From the NCBI GenBank assembly GCA_902628085.1, contig CACOLO010000005.1, positions 35,368 through 99,367 on the forward strand: DNA of 64,000 nucleotides. Direction: 5' to 3'. Position 1 is the first letter of the stretch; each line of letters opens with the position of its first letter. Source of the DNA: an uncultured SAR86 cluster bacterium (GTDB lineage: Bacteria > Pseudomonadota > Gammaproteobacteria > Magnimaribacterales > D2472). Below the pieces are notes generated by a model, which was not told the origin of the DNA, ran no database searches, and saw nothing but the letters and a program-made list of their open reading frames with translations. This document shows positions 1-10,066 of the stretch, one piece after another. Both the position numbers and the translations under genes were made by a program.

Positions 1-257
1 ATGTTGGTATCAAAAAAGAGCTTGTATCTAAGGGTGAAGATAGAAATTATTTATATCATATAAATCAAAACTCAAAAAATGTTTGGTCAATCGTTTTGGG
101 TAAATTTACTTTGGCTTTTAGTATGGCACCGGAATTTTATAGACGTATTTATAAAAAAAATCCCTCAAGCTTGATTAAACATTTTAAAATAGAGAAAAAA
201 AATAATCTTTTGTCTAGAACCACATGGAAAGAGATTATTAAATCAAAAAGGAATTAA
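1..257 (+). CDS. 3' end of an unidentified CDS entering from upstream of the window (hypothetical protein, last ~84 aa)
   Basis: Frame 3 is open from base 3 to the TAA at 255-257 (...VGIKKELVSKGEDRNYLYHINQ...TWKEIIKSKRN*). The stop lies 2 nt before the next start. No motif recognised. Confidence 0.35.
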   Translation, partial: VGIKKELVSKGEDRNYLYHINQNSKNVWSIVLGKFTLAFSMAPEFYRRIYKKNPSSLIKHFKIEKKNNLLSRTTWKEIIKSKRN

Positions 258-259
258 AT

Positions 260-1306
260 ATGGGAATGATAAAAATACCATCAAAATCTAAAGAATTCTT
301 TGATGAGAATTTAAGTGATATTTTTAAGACTGGTAATCTGGCAGAAGGTGAATGGAACTCTAAAGTTGCAGATTGGACTATTAATTATACTGGATGTGAA
401 AGTGCGCTTGCTGTAAATTCAAATGGAGCGGGTCTTCATGCACTATTAAGAATTCTTAAAGAATTTCATGGCAAAAAAAGAATATTTATACAATCAAATA
501 CTATGTATGGTGTTAAAACAATTGCAATATCATCAGGGCTTGAATTATGTGGTTATGTTAATTGTACACTTGATTATCTAATGCCAACTGCAGAACAAGT
601 TCTTGATTTCGTTGAACAGCTTGAAAATCCTGATGAGTGTGTTTTTATGATAACGCATATTGGTGGATGGATTAATCCTGATATTGAAAAAATTGCAGAA
701 ATATGCAAACAAAACGATATATCTCTTATTGAAGATTGTGCTCATAGTCTGGGTAGCACATTAGATGGTAATCATTCTGGTTTATATGGAGATGCGGGAG
801 TTTACTCACTATATGCAACCAAAGCTGTACCTGTAGGTGAGGGTGGAATAGTTGTATCAAATCACTCAGAACTGTCTCATCAAGTTCAGAAGTTTTCTAT
901 GTATGACAGGTTTGATCAAAAGCTTGATCTTGGAGTAAATATAAGAATGTCAGAGGTGAACGCTTTATTAACGTATTCTGTATTAAATGAAATTGATGAG
1001 ATAATAAGTAATAAATATACTATTGCAGACAAATTTATGGATGCTTGTGAAAAGAAAAACCTTAGATATATTCATCCAACAGAAAAGGGACAAAGATCTA
1101 ATTTCTATAAATTCACATTATTGGCTAAAACAGATAATCCAATCAAAGAATTTGAAAAAATAACTCAAAGAACATCACCTGTATATGATTATGCTCTTGG
1201 TGAAGATCTTCAAAAAATTGCTCAGAAACATATATGTTTGCCTATTTGGTACAAACTAGAAGATGAAAAAATTGAAAACGTTATCGAAGAAATAGATAAT
1301 TTGTAA
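260..1306 (+). CDS. DegT/DnrJ/EryC1/StrS-family PLP-dependent sugar aminotransferase
   Basis: 348-aa ORF. It has IEDCAHSLGS and SLYATKAVPVGEGG (PLP-lysine region), typical of the family, and sits in a glycan-cluster context. Confidence 0.8.
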   Translation: MGMIKIPSKSKEFFDENLSDIFKTGNLAEGEWNSKVADWTINYTGCESALAVNSNGAGLHALLRILKEFHGKKRIFIQSNTMYGVKTIAISSGLELCGYVNCTLDYLMPTAEQVLDFVEQLENPDECVFMITHIGGWINPDIEKIAEICKQNDISLIEDCAHSLGSTLDGNHSGLYGDAGVYSLYATKAVPVGEGGIVVSNHSELSHQVQKFSMYDRFDQKLDLGVNIRMSEVNALLTYSVLNEIDEIISNKYTIADKFMDACEKKNLRYIHPTEKGQRSNFYKFTLLAKTDNPIKEFEKITQRTSPVYDYALGEDLQKIAQKHICLPIWYKLEDEKIENVIEEIDNL

Positions 1307-1313
1307 TTTTAGA

Positions 1314-2483
1314 TTGAAAATTTTATATATAGGTAACTCTTCTGATTTTCATATTGATCTTTGGGTTCAATATTTTACTCAAAATCATGATGTTTTTTTA
1401 TTTTCTGAGAGAGAGGATTACCTTAGTACAAAACAATTCAGAGATGTAGAGATTATTTATTCGGAGGGTCTTTTTGGCTATGTATTAAATTTATTCAACT
1501 CATCGTCTCATAAGCTCTTTCAAATAAATAAACTTTTATCCACCATTATATATGCTAGAAAGATTGATAAGATTATTAAAGAAAAAAATATAGACATTGT
1601 TCATGCACATAATCTGTATCAAGGCTTCATATGTTCATATTTAAAATCAAATATACCTGTTGTTTTCACTCCAATGGGATCTGATATTATAATTCATTCA
1701 CAAAGCAATTATATATACAAATATATGGCACAAAACGCTTTTAAAAAAGCAGATGTTGTCACAGGTGACTCAATTTTAATTCAAAAAAAGGGATATTTAG
1801 TTGGAGCTAAAAGTAGCAAAAATTATATTATACAAAATGGTGTTGACAGCAAAAAGTTTTATCCAAAAATTTCTAAAATAAGAAACGCTTTAAACATAGA
1901 TGAGAACGAATTTTTAATTTTCAGTCCAAGAGGACTTGATGAAATTTACAATATAAAAAATATCCTTGGAGTAATAAAATTATTAGTAGAAGAAAATTTG
2001 AAAGTAAAATGTATGATCTCTTATGGATTTGGTGAAAGTAACTTAAGTTCTTTAAAGGAATATATTAAATATTTAGAAATTGAAGATTCGATAATATGGA
2101 TAGGCAATCTGGAGTACGATGACATGCCAGATTACTACAATGCTTCAGACTTGGTAATTTCAATTCCAAATTCAGACAGCTCCCCAAAAACAGTATATGA
2201 GGCAATGTTTTGTGAAAAGGTTGTAATTGTTTCAGACTTAGATTGGGTTTACGAAACTTTGGATGGTAAGGATTGCATTATCAAAGTCGATCAAAATAAT
2301 TTAGAAAATATTAAAGAAGCTATCATAAAAATTATTAGAGATAAGAATTCGAGAAAAAGAATATCTGAAAATGCACGAGAGGTAGCAAGACTTTTTTTTG
2401 ATTATTATATTAATATGAAAAAGATGGAATCAATTATGATTTCTGAAATCAAAAATTATGGAAGTAAGAAATTTAACTATTGA
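1314..2483 (+). CDS. Glycosyltransferase, family 4 (GT-B fold)
   Basis: 389-aa ORF with a TTG start. The C-terminal half has the GT4 pattern (SDLVISIPNSDSSPKTVYEAMFCEKVVIVSD). Confidence 0.7.
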   Translation: MKILYIGNSSDFHIDLWVQYFTQNHDVFLFSEREDYLSTKQFRDVEIIYSEGLFGYVLNLFNSSSHKLFQINKLLSTIIYARKIDKIIKEKNIDIVHAHNLYQGFICSYLKSNIPVVFTPMGSDIIIHSQSNYIYKYMAQNAFKKADVVTGDSILIQKKGYLVGAKSSKNYIIQNGVDSKKFYPKISKIRNALNIDENEFLIFSPRGLDEIYNIKNILGVIKLLVEENLKVKCMISYGFGESNLSSLKEYIKYLEIEDSIIWIGNLEYDDMPDYYNASDLVISIPNSDSSPKTVYEAMFCEKVVIVSDLDWVYETLDGKDCIIKVDQNNLENIKEAIIKIIRDKNSRKRISENAREVARLFFDYYINMKKMESIMISEIKNYGSKKFNY

Positions 2484-2587
2484 TTTGATTCTGTTCATAA
2501 CATATTTCCATTTTTACGTGTCTACAGCAGAAATTAAAAAATTTTAGAATACTTGAAATTACAAGAAATATAAATGAATAAAGAGTT

Positions 2588-2619
2588 AAGCATAAATTCA
2601 GGATGCTTGCTTTTTTTTA
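2588..2619 (+). terminator. Weak rho-independent terminator candidate after the first glycan sub-operon
   Basis: aagcat (2588-2593) pairs with atgctt (2603-2608), followed by gc and a T8 run. It lies in the only sizeable gap (2484-2653) of the glycan block. Confidence 0.35.
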
Positions 2620-2653
2620 TCAAAGTATAATAAGTTTCATAGGGATATAAATA

Positions 2654-3787
2654 ATGAATGATTATAAGATTTGTTCAAGATGTGTTATGGATACATCTGA
2701 TGCAAAAATAAAATTTGACAAAGATGGAGTATGTGATCATTGTTTAGCATTCGATAAAAATATTCTGCCAGTTTGGAATTTTGGCCAGGGAAGAGAAAAA
2801 CAGCTTAAAGAAATTATTAGCAAAATTAAGCAATCTTCAAAAGGTAAAGATTTTGACTGTATCTTGGGTATGAGTGGGGGAATTGATAGCTCATACCTGC
2901 TCTACTTGGTAACAAAGAAACTTGACCTAAAGCCCCTTGTTTTTCATGTTGATGCTGGTTGGAATAGCCAGATAGCAGTTAATAATATAGAAAAGCTTGT
3001 TGATGGATTGGGATTAGATTTATATACAGAAGTTATAGATTGGGAGGAAATGAAGGATCTTCAGAGATCTTTTTTTAAGAGTGGAGTACCTCATGTTGAT
3101 ACTCCTCAAGATCATGCCTTTTTTGCAACAATGTATAAATTTGCATCAAATTACAATATCAAAAACATAATAACAGGTGGTAATTTCTCTACGGAATGTA
3201 CAAGAAATCCAAAAGATTGGATGTATTATCAATCAGACTCAACGCAGTTAAAGGATATACATAAAAAGTTTGGTAAAAAACCTTTAAAAAACTTTCCTTT
3301 AACCAGTGCAGTATGGCACAGGCTCTACCTCCCTTTCGTAAGAGGCATCAAACTGTACAGAATTTTAGATTACATGAAATACAATAAAGAAGATGCAACA
3401 AAGTTTTTAGTTAATAATTACGGATATCAAGAGTATCCTCAGAAGCATTTTGAATCGAGATTTACAAGATTTTATGAGAGTTACTGGTTGCCAAAGAGAT
3501 TTGGATTTGACACAAGGCGAGTTCAATTTTCAAGTCTAATCTTAACAAATCAAATGTCTAGAGATGAGGCTATTGAGATACTTAAACAGCCTTCATATGA
3601 TAAAGAAAACATCAAACATGAATTTGAATACATTTCATCCAAGTTAGATATGTCTGTTGATGAGTTACAAGATTGTATGAATATGCCATTAAGAACATAT
3701 AAAGACTTCAAGTCTCAGGATTATATATATAAGATTGGCGCAACTGTATCCAGGATCTTGTCATTAGAGGCGGGCGGCAAACGATGA
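2654..3787 (+). CDS. N-acetyl sugar amidotransferase (WbpG/WbuX/PseA-like, PP-loop ATP pyrophosphatase)
   Basis: 377 aa with an N-terminal Cys cluster (CSRCVMD...CDHC) and the PP-loop SGGIDSS. It is followed directly by hisH/hisF paralogues. Confidence 0.85.
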   Translation: MNDYKICSRCVMDTSDAKIKFDKDGVCDHCLAFDKNILPVWNFGQGREKQLKEIISKIKQSSKGKDFDCILGMSGGIDSSYLLYLVTKKLDLKPLVFHVDAGWNSQIAVNNIEKLVDGLGLDLYTEVIDWEEMKDLQRSFFKSGVPHVDTPQDHAFFATMYKFASNYNIKNIITGGNFSTECTRNPKDWMYYQSDSTQLKDIHKKFGKKPLKNFPLTSAVWHRLYLPFVRGIKLYRILDYMKYNKEDATKFLVNNYGYQEYPQKHFESRFTRFYESYWLPKRFGFDTRRVQFSSLILTNQMSRDEAIEILKQPSYDKENIKHEFEYISSKLDMSVDELQDCMNMPLRTYKDFKSQDYIYKIGATVSRILSLEAGGKR

Positions 3788-4398
3788 TATCTATTATCAA
3801 TTATGGCTTGGGCAATGTTTTAGCATTTTATAATATTTATAAAAAATTAAATATTGAATCTCAAGTAGTCTCGAGCTCATCTGAATTAGAATCTGCAACA
3901 AAAATAATTTTACCTGGAGTAGGTTCATTTGATTGGGCAATGGATAAATTAAACAAATCTGGAATGCGTGAAACACTGGACCATCTTGTACTTGAAAAAA
4001 ACATACCAGTTATGGGCATATGTGTAGGAATGCAAATGATGGCAAATTCAAGTGAGGAGGGTCAAAAAGAGGGATTAGGATGGTTCGATGCCAAGGTCAA
4101 GAAAATCAAGTCTGACAAAAAAATTGATCTACCACATATGGGATGGAATGAAATAAATATTAAAAATGACAATACTCTTTTTCAAGGCCTTCAAAATAAT
4201 GCAAGATTTTATTTTCTTCATTCTTATTACTTCGAAACAAATGAAGATGAATGCATTCTTTGTGAGACTAATTATGGTGGACTTTTCACATCAGCTGCAA
4301 AAAAAAATAATATCTTTGCAATTCAATTTCATCCTGAAAAGAGTCATCAATGGGGAGAATGTATATTAAAAAACTTCTCAAAACTCAATAATGCTTAG
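3784..4398 (+). CDS. hisH: Imidazole glycerol phosphate synthase HisH-like glutamine amidotransferase (glycan-cluster paralogue, WbuY/HisH2 type)
   Basis: 204 aa with GVGSFD, GICVGMQ (catalytic Cys) and QFHPEKS motifs. There is a 4-nt overlap with the upstream amidotransferase. Confidence 0.85.
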   Translation: MISIINYGLGNVLAFYNIYKKLNIESQVVSSSSELESATKIILPGVGSFDWAMDKLNKSGMRETLDHLVLEKNIPVMGICVGMQMMANSSEEGQKEGLGWFDAKVKKIKSDKKIDLPHMGWNEINIKNDNTLFQGLQNNARFYFLHSYYFETNEDECILCETNYGGLFTSAAKKNNIFAIQFHPEKSHQWGECILKNFSKLNNA

Positions 4399-5155
4399 AT
4401 CTAGAATAATTCCCTGTCTTCTTATACATAATGGTGGCTTGGTAAAAACTATAAATTTTAAAGATCACAAATATGTAGGTGATCCATTAAATGCGGTAAA
4501 AATTTTCAATGAGAAAAATGCCGATGAGCTTGTTGTTTTAGATATTGATGCATCAGTTTCTCACAGAGAACCAAATTACGAATTAATAAAAAAACTTGCA
4601 AATGAATGCAGAATGCCCCTTTGTTATGGAGGAGGTGTTAAATCAGTTGAACACTTTGAAAAGATAATAGAACTTGGTGTTGAAAAAATTGCAATTAGCT
4701 CATCTGCAATTCAAAATCCTGCATTAATTAAAGATGCATCCTCTATTGTGGGAAATCAAAGTGTAGTAGTGATCTTAGATCTTAAAAAAAGACCTTTTAG
4801 AGATAAGTATGATGTTTATATTCACAATGCAAAAGAAAAAATAAACAAAGATGCTCTAAGCTTAATAAAGGAGTTTGAGTCTTTAGGAGCTGGAGAGATA
4901 GTAATAAATTCAATTGACAATGATGGAAAAATGCAAGGCTATAATATTGATCTGATAAAAAAAATTAAAAATCAAATACATACTCCGTTAACCGTACTTG
5001 GAGGAGCTGGATCGTTGGAAGATTTTTCTGACATTATTAAATCCATTGGAATCATTGGTTGCGCAGCAGGTAGTCTTTTTGTTTTTAAAGGTAGGTATAG
5101 GGCGGTATTAATAAACTATCCTAGTCCTGAAGAAAAAGATAAAATTACGCTATGA
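4391..5155 (+). CDS. hisF: HisF-like cyclase subunit (glycan-cluster paralogue, WbuZ/HisF2 type)
   Basis: 254 aa. RIIPCLLIHNGGLVKT...ADELVVLDIDAS matches the HisF TIM-barrel N-terminus. It overlaps hisH by 8 nt. Confidence 0.85.
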   Translation: MLRSRIIPCLLIHNGGLVKTINFKDHKYVGDPLNAVKIFNEKNADELVVLDIDASVSHREPNYELIKKLANECRMPLCYGGGVKSVEHFEKIIELGVEKIAISSSAIQNPALIKDASSIVGNQSVVVILDLKKRPFRDKYDVYIHNAKEKINKDALSLIKEFESLGAGEIVINSIDNDGKMQGYNIDLIKKIKNQIHTPLTVLGGAGSLEDFSDIIKSIGIIGCAAGSLFVFKGRYRAVLINYPSPEEKDKITL

Positions 5156-7272
5156 AGCAGTTATTACAACACTTAAAGACTGGAAAAATTGATATTGTTG
5201 ATGTGCCAGTTCCTCAACTAAAAGATGAGTCATTACTAATATCATCTAATTTTTCTCTTGTTTCAAAAGGAACAGAGAAAATGCTCATAGATTTTGGTAA
5301 ATCAAATTATTTAAAAAAAGCTCAACAACAACCTGATAAAGTAAAACAAGTTCTTACAAAGATAAAAACAGACGGAATATACAAAACTTATGATGCTGTT
5401 AAATCAAAGCTTGATCAGCCCATACCACTTGGTTACTGCAATGTTGGAAGAGTAATTGAGTCTTCAACACAACTATTTTCAGTTGGTGATAGAGTTGTCT
5501 CAAATGGATATCATGCAGAGAATGTGTGTGTACCAAAAAATCTTTGTGCAAAAATTCCAGAAAACGTTGATGATCAATCTGCAGCATTTACTGTTTTGGG
5601 AAGTATTGGTCTTCAGGGAATAAGACTATTAAAACCTGAAATTGGAGAAACCATAGTAGTTATAGGCTTAGGATTAATCGGCCTAATTTCAGTGCAAATT
5701 CTTAAAGCGAATGGATGTAGAGTCATAGGTATCGATAAAGACTTATCAAAGTGTGAGCTTGCTGAGAAATATGGTGCACAATCTATTTGCTTGCAAAAAG
5801 ATATTGATCCAGTTAAAAATGTTTTAGAGATCTCCAACGAAACAGGTGCTGATGGTGTTTTAATAACAGCATCAACAAAATCAAACGACGTCATAAGTCA
5901 AGCGGCAAATATGTCAAGAATTCGTGGAAGAATTGTTTTGGTTGGAGTTATTGGCTTAGATATCTCAAGAGATGACTTTTATAAAAAAGAATTAACTTTT
6001 CAAGTCTCTTCATCATATGGACCTGGGCGCTATGATTCTAATTATGAGGATAAGGGAATTGATTACCCAGAAGGGTTTGTAAGATGGACAGCTAAAAGAA
6101 ATTTTGAAGCAATATTAAATTTAATGAATGAAGGTCACATTAATACTGAGTTATTGATTTCTAAGGTTCATGATTTTGATAATGCTGAACATGTTTATGA
6201 AAATTTAGATGACGATCAAACTCTTGGCATACTTCTCAAATATAATGACTCAGAAATACTAAATCATTCAAAAAATAACTTAATAAACTTAAGTCCATCA
6301 AAAAATAAGAAAAGTAATTCTTCGATTAATATTGGATTCATTGGTGCTGGTAACTATGCCTCAAGAATCTTGATTCCATGTTTTAAAAAAAATAATATCA
6401 ATCTTCATACCATCGTTAGCAGTGGAGGTTTTAATAGTAAATTTTTTGGAAATAAGTTTGGTTTTTCTAAGGCATCGTCTGAGACAAGTGATATATTTTC
6501 AAATAAGGAAATCGATACAGTAGTTATTGCATCTAGGCATGACTCTCATGCAAATTATATTATGGAATCATTAACTTCAAATAAAAATATATTCGTCGAA
6601 AAGCCACTAGCTATAAATGAAGATGAAATCAAGAATATAGAAAATTTCCTAACTAATAAAGATAATGAATCAAGATTAATGATTGGTTTTAATAGGCGAT
6701 TTGCAAAGCACAGCATTATTGCAAAAAAATTACTTCAAAAAACCGTAAATCCAAAATCATTTATTATGACAGTCAATGCTGGTCAGATACCTAAAGATAA
6801 CTGGGTTCATGATAAAAAAATTGGTGGAGGTAGAATTATTGGTGAAGCATGTCACTTTGTTGATTTGATGAGATTCTTTGTAGGGGAGCCTATAAAATCA
6901 TTTCAAGTTATGAATATTGGTAATGATGGACAAATGGTTGTCAATGACAAGGTTGCAATCACCCTTTCTTTTCAAGATGGATCATTTGGGACAATAAACT
7001 ACTTAGCTAATGGCGGCTCATCCTTTCCAAAAGAGAGAATAGAAATATTCTGTGATAATTCAGTATTGCAAATAGACAATTGGATAAAAATGAGAGGATA
7101 TAACTGGCCAGGATTTAAGAAATCAAATCTATGGTCACAAGACAAAGGTCAAAACCTTTGCGTGAAAAAATTTGTTGATTCAATTAATTCAGGAGATGGG
7201 TCTCCAATTCCGCTAGATGAGATTCTTGAAGTAAGCAAAACAATTATTAAAATAGACAGCCTAATCAATTGA
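5152..7272 (+). CDS. Bi-domain oxidoreductase (N-terminal MDR/zinc-alcohol-dehydrogenase-like domain plus C-terminal Gfo/Idh/MocA domain)
   Basis: 706 aa. It has the Rossmann motif VVIGLGLIGL in the N-terminal half and a second motif, IGFIGAGNYA, at about residue 395, followed by EKPLA, which is typical of Gfo/Idh/MocA. Confidence 0.75.
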   Translation: MKQLLQHLKTGKIDIVDVPVPQLKDESLLISSNFSLVSKGTEKMLIDFGKSNYLKKAQQQPDKVKQVLTKIKTDGIYKTYDAVKSKLDQPIPLGYCNVGRVIESSTQLFSVGDRVVSNGYHAENVCVPKNLCAKIPENVDDQSAAFTVLGSIGLQGIRLLKPEIGETIVVIGLGLIGLISVQILKANGCRVIGIDKDLSKCELAEKYGAQSICLQKDIDPVKNVLEISNETGADGVLITASTKSNDVISQAANMSRIRGRIVLVGVIGLDISRDDFYKKELTFQVSSSYGPGRYDSNYEDKGIDYPEGFVRWTAKRNFEAILNLMNEGHINTELLISKVHDFDNAEHVYENLDDDQTLGILLKYNDSEILNHSKNNLINLSPSKNKKSNSSINIGFIGAGNYASRILIPCFKKNNINLHTIVSSGGFNSKFFGNKFGFSKASSETSDIFSNKEIDTVVIASRHDSHANYIMESLTSNKNIFVEKPLAINEDEIKNIENFLTNKDNESRLMIGFNRRFAKHSIIAKKLLQKTVNPKSFIMTVNAGQIPKDNWVHDKKIGGGRIIGEACHFVDLMRFFVGEPIKSFQVMNIGNDGQMVVNDKVAITLSFQDGSFGTINYLANGGSSFPKERIEIFCDNSVLQIDNWIKMRGYNWPGFKKSNLWSQDKGQNLCVKKFVDSINSGDGSPIPLDEILEVSKTIIKIDSLIN

Positions 7273-8918
7273 TTTTATTTAAAAAGTTAAGTCGATTTTT
7301 AATAACAATAAAACATTTAAAATATATTCAAATATATTATCGATTATATTTTCATATATATAGACCACTTTTCCTTTCCATTTCAAATTTACAACTAAAT
7401 AAAATTGATTGGAAAATTAAATTCCCTAATAACAAATATAGCAAATTTAATAATGATCTTGAATTTGATTTTATGAACCTTAAACATTCTGTAAAAAAGG
7501 ACGGTTGGGATAATAAAGATATGCCATTACTTTGGAGATATAACCTTCACTACTTTGATGACTTAAATTCCAATAATGTTAATAATAATACTAGACTATA
7601 CAATTATCTTCTCGATGATTGGATTGAAAATAATACAGATAGATCATCCGTTGCATGGAATTCATATTCCACATCCCTAAGAATTATTAATATTATTAAA
7701 TGGGCTATAAATGGAAATAAAATCAATGAAAATATAATCATAAGCTTAAAAACTCAAATCATTTGGCTTTCAAAAAGGATAGAGTGGCATCTCTTGGGGA
7801 ATCATCTTTTTACAAATGCAAAAGCATTATTATTCGGCTCTTTATTTTTTTTAGAAAAAGATGAAATGATATTTAAAAAATCTATTAGGATTATTAATGA
7901 TCAAATTAAAGAACAAGTTCTCAATGATGGAGCTCATTTTGAGCTAAGTACAATGTATCACTCAATATTTTTAGAAGACATATTAGATATTATAAATATT
8001 TCTCATCAATTCCCAGAGAAATTCAAAAAGCATGATATAAATTTATGGAAAGAGACTGCGTCTAAAATGATGTTTTGGTTGAAAAATTTTACTCACTCGG
8101 ATGGAGACATAGCTTTTTTTAATGATTCTGCTTTTTCTATCGCATCAAAAACTGATGATCTTTATAAATATACGGCAAGTCTTAATATCAATGATATTGT
8201 TAACAAACAATCCGAAATTAAATTAAATACTTTTGAGGACTCAGGATATATATCCATTAAATCTCATAACATAGATTTATTTATTGATGTTGCAAAAATA
8301 GGCCCAGATTATTTACCAGCGCATGCTCACGCAGATACATTGTCATTTGAACTTTCTTATCAAAACTATAGAGTATTTGTAAATAGTGGAACGTCATCAT
8401 ATGAAAATCAGTCTCAAAAAAGGGATGCACAAAGAAGTACTGCTTTTCATAATACTTTAAGTATAGATAATCAAAATTCTAGTGATGTATGGGCATCCTT
8501 TAGGGTTGGCAGAAGAGCAAAACCTAAAAATTTAAAGATTTGTGAGGATGAAGAAAGTATAAATATATCATGTTCTCATGATGGTTACTCATATCTAAAG
8601 TTCAAACCAATACATACACGAACATGGCGATTTGAGAATAATATATTAAACATCAGTGACCATGTTTCATCTAATTTTTACGACTGTCACGCAAACTATA
8701 TTTTGCATCCAGATATAATGATCGATGATGTATCTAGCGATAGGCTGAAGATAATTTTACCTAATGATACAATCTTGTCATTAATTTTTATTGGGGCAAA
8801 AATTGAAGTTAATGATCATAATTATGCACATAAATTTGGAGATGAAATTAAGACGAAATCTATCAAAGTTATAAATGCGCATAATTACACATGTAAAATT
8901 TTGAACTTATATCCATGA
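7269..8918 (+). CDS. Heparinase II/III-like (alginate-lyase superfamily) protein
   Basis: 549 aa with a TTG start overlapping the upstream stop. YLPAHAHADTLSFEL is the characteristic heparinase II/III C-terminal-domain motif. Confidence 0.7.
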   Translation: MILFKKLSRFLITIKHLKYIQIYYRLYFHIYRPLFLSISNLQLNKIDWKIKFPNNKYSKFNNDLEFDFMNLKHSVKKDGWDNKDMPLLWRYNLHYFDDLNSNNVNNNTRLYNYLLDDWIENNTDRSSVAWNSYSTSLRIINIIKWAINGNKINENIIISLKTQIIWLSKRIEWHLLGNHLFTNAKALLFGSLFFLEKDEMIFKKSIRIINDQIKEQVLNDGAHFELSTMYHSIFLEDILDIINISHQFPEKFKKHDINLWKETASKMMFWLKNFTHSDGDIAFFNDSAFSIASKTDDLYKYTASLNINDIVNKQSEIKLNTFEDSGYISIKSHNIDLFIDVAKIGPDYLPAHAHADTLSFELSYQNYRVFVNSGTSSYENQSQKRDAQRSTAFHNTLSIDNQNSSDVWASFRVGRRAKPKNLKICEDEESINISCSHDGYSYLKFKPIHTRTWRFENNILNISDHVSSNFYDCHANYILHPDIMIDDVSSDRLKIILPNDTILSLIFIGAKIEVNDHNYAHKFGDEIKTKSIKVINAHNYTCKILNLYP

Positions 8919-10066
8919 ATGAACTAAAGAAAATATTAATGGTTTTTGGTACTAGACCGGAAGCAATAAAAATGGCTCCTCTTTTTCATGAGTTAAATAA
9001 GCACAAATCTAATTTTAAGGTAAGTGTTTGTGTGACTGGTCAACACAAAGAGATGCTTGATCAAGTATTGAGTTCATTTCAAATTATTCCTGACTTTAAT
9101 CTGAATTTAATGAAAGATAGTCAAGACCTTTTTGATCTTTCTTCTTCGACGCTACTTGCTATGCGAGATGTCATAAAAAAAGAAAATCCAACATTGATTT
9201 TAGTTCACGGAGATACTACTACTTCTAATATTGCAGCAACTTCTTCGTTTTATCTAGATATCCCAATAGGACACGTTGAGGCCGGCTTGAGAACTTGTGA
9301 TCTAAAATCTCCATTTCCTGAGGAATTTAATAGACAGTTGATAAGCATGATTGCAGATTTTCATTTTGCGCCTACTGAAAAAAGTCGCAGTAATCTTGAG
9401 AAAGAAGGCGTCAAAGCAAATTCAATATTTGTAACAGGTAATACAGTCATAGATGCTTTATTTTGGATCCTAAACAAAATTTCAAATGATAAAAAACTTG
9501 AACAAGACATAATAAATAATATAAATAAATATTTAAATTTTGATTGGCTCGATGATAACTTTATATTAATTACTGGACATAGAAGAGAGAGTTTTGGAGA
9601 GGGTTTTGAAAATATTTGTAAGGCAATAAAAGAATTATCTGAAAAATATAAAAATATTAAGTTTGTTTATCCTGTTCACCTTAATCCAAATGTTCAAAAA
9701 CCTGTTAAAAAAATATTATCTAATTTAGATAATGTTTATTTAATTGATCCACTTGAATATGAATCTTTTGTATATTTAATGAAAGCATCGTATCTAATTT
9801 TGACTGATAGTGGTGGCATTCAAGAGGAAGCACCAAGCCTTGGCAAGCCTGTGATAGTCATGAGAAATAGCACTGAAAGGCCAGAGGCTGTTGAAGCTGG
9901 AACAGTAAAATTGGCTGGAAATAAAAAAGAGACTATCGTTGAGTCTATTTCTAATCTAATTGATAATGCTGAAGAGTATAACAAGATGGCAAAATCATAT
10001 AATCCATACGGAGACGGCAAATCTTCTCAAAATATCTCTGAAATTTTAAAGAGAATTGAGTTATGA
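8915..10066 (+). CDS. wecB: UDP-N-acetylglucosamine 2-epimerase (non-hydrolysing)
   Basis: 383 aa. It carries FGTRPEAIKMAP, HVEAGLRT and DSGGIQEEAPSLGKPV, which are family signatures. Confidence 0.9.
   Translation: MNELKKILMVFGTRPEAIKMAPLFHELNKHKSNFKVSVCVTGQHKEMLDQVLSSFQIIPDFNLNLMKDSQDLFDLSSSTLLAMRDVIKKENPTLILVHGDTTTSNIAATSSFYLDIPIGHVEAGLRTCDLKSPFPEEFNRQLISMIADFHFAPTEKSRSNLEKEGVKANSIFVTGNTVIDALFWILNKISNDKKLEQDIINNINKYLNFDWLDDNFILITGHRRESFGEGFENICKAIKELSEKYKNIKFVYPVHLNPNVQKPVKKILSNLDNVYLIDPLEYESFVYLMKASYLILTDSGGIQEEAPSLGKPVIVMRNSTERPEAVEAGTVKLAGNKKETIVESISNLIDNAEEYNKMAKSYNPYGDGKSSQNISEILKRIEL

Noticed and set aside
3784-5155. hisH/hisF as histidine-biosynthesis genes
   Set aside because: They are coupled to a WbpG-type amidotransferase inside a glycan cluster, and no other his genes are nearby. 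They are most likely the glycan-specific paralogues.
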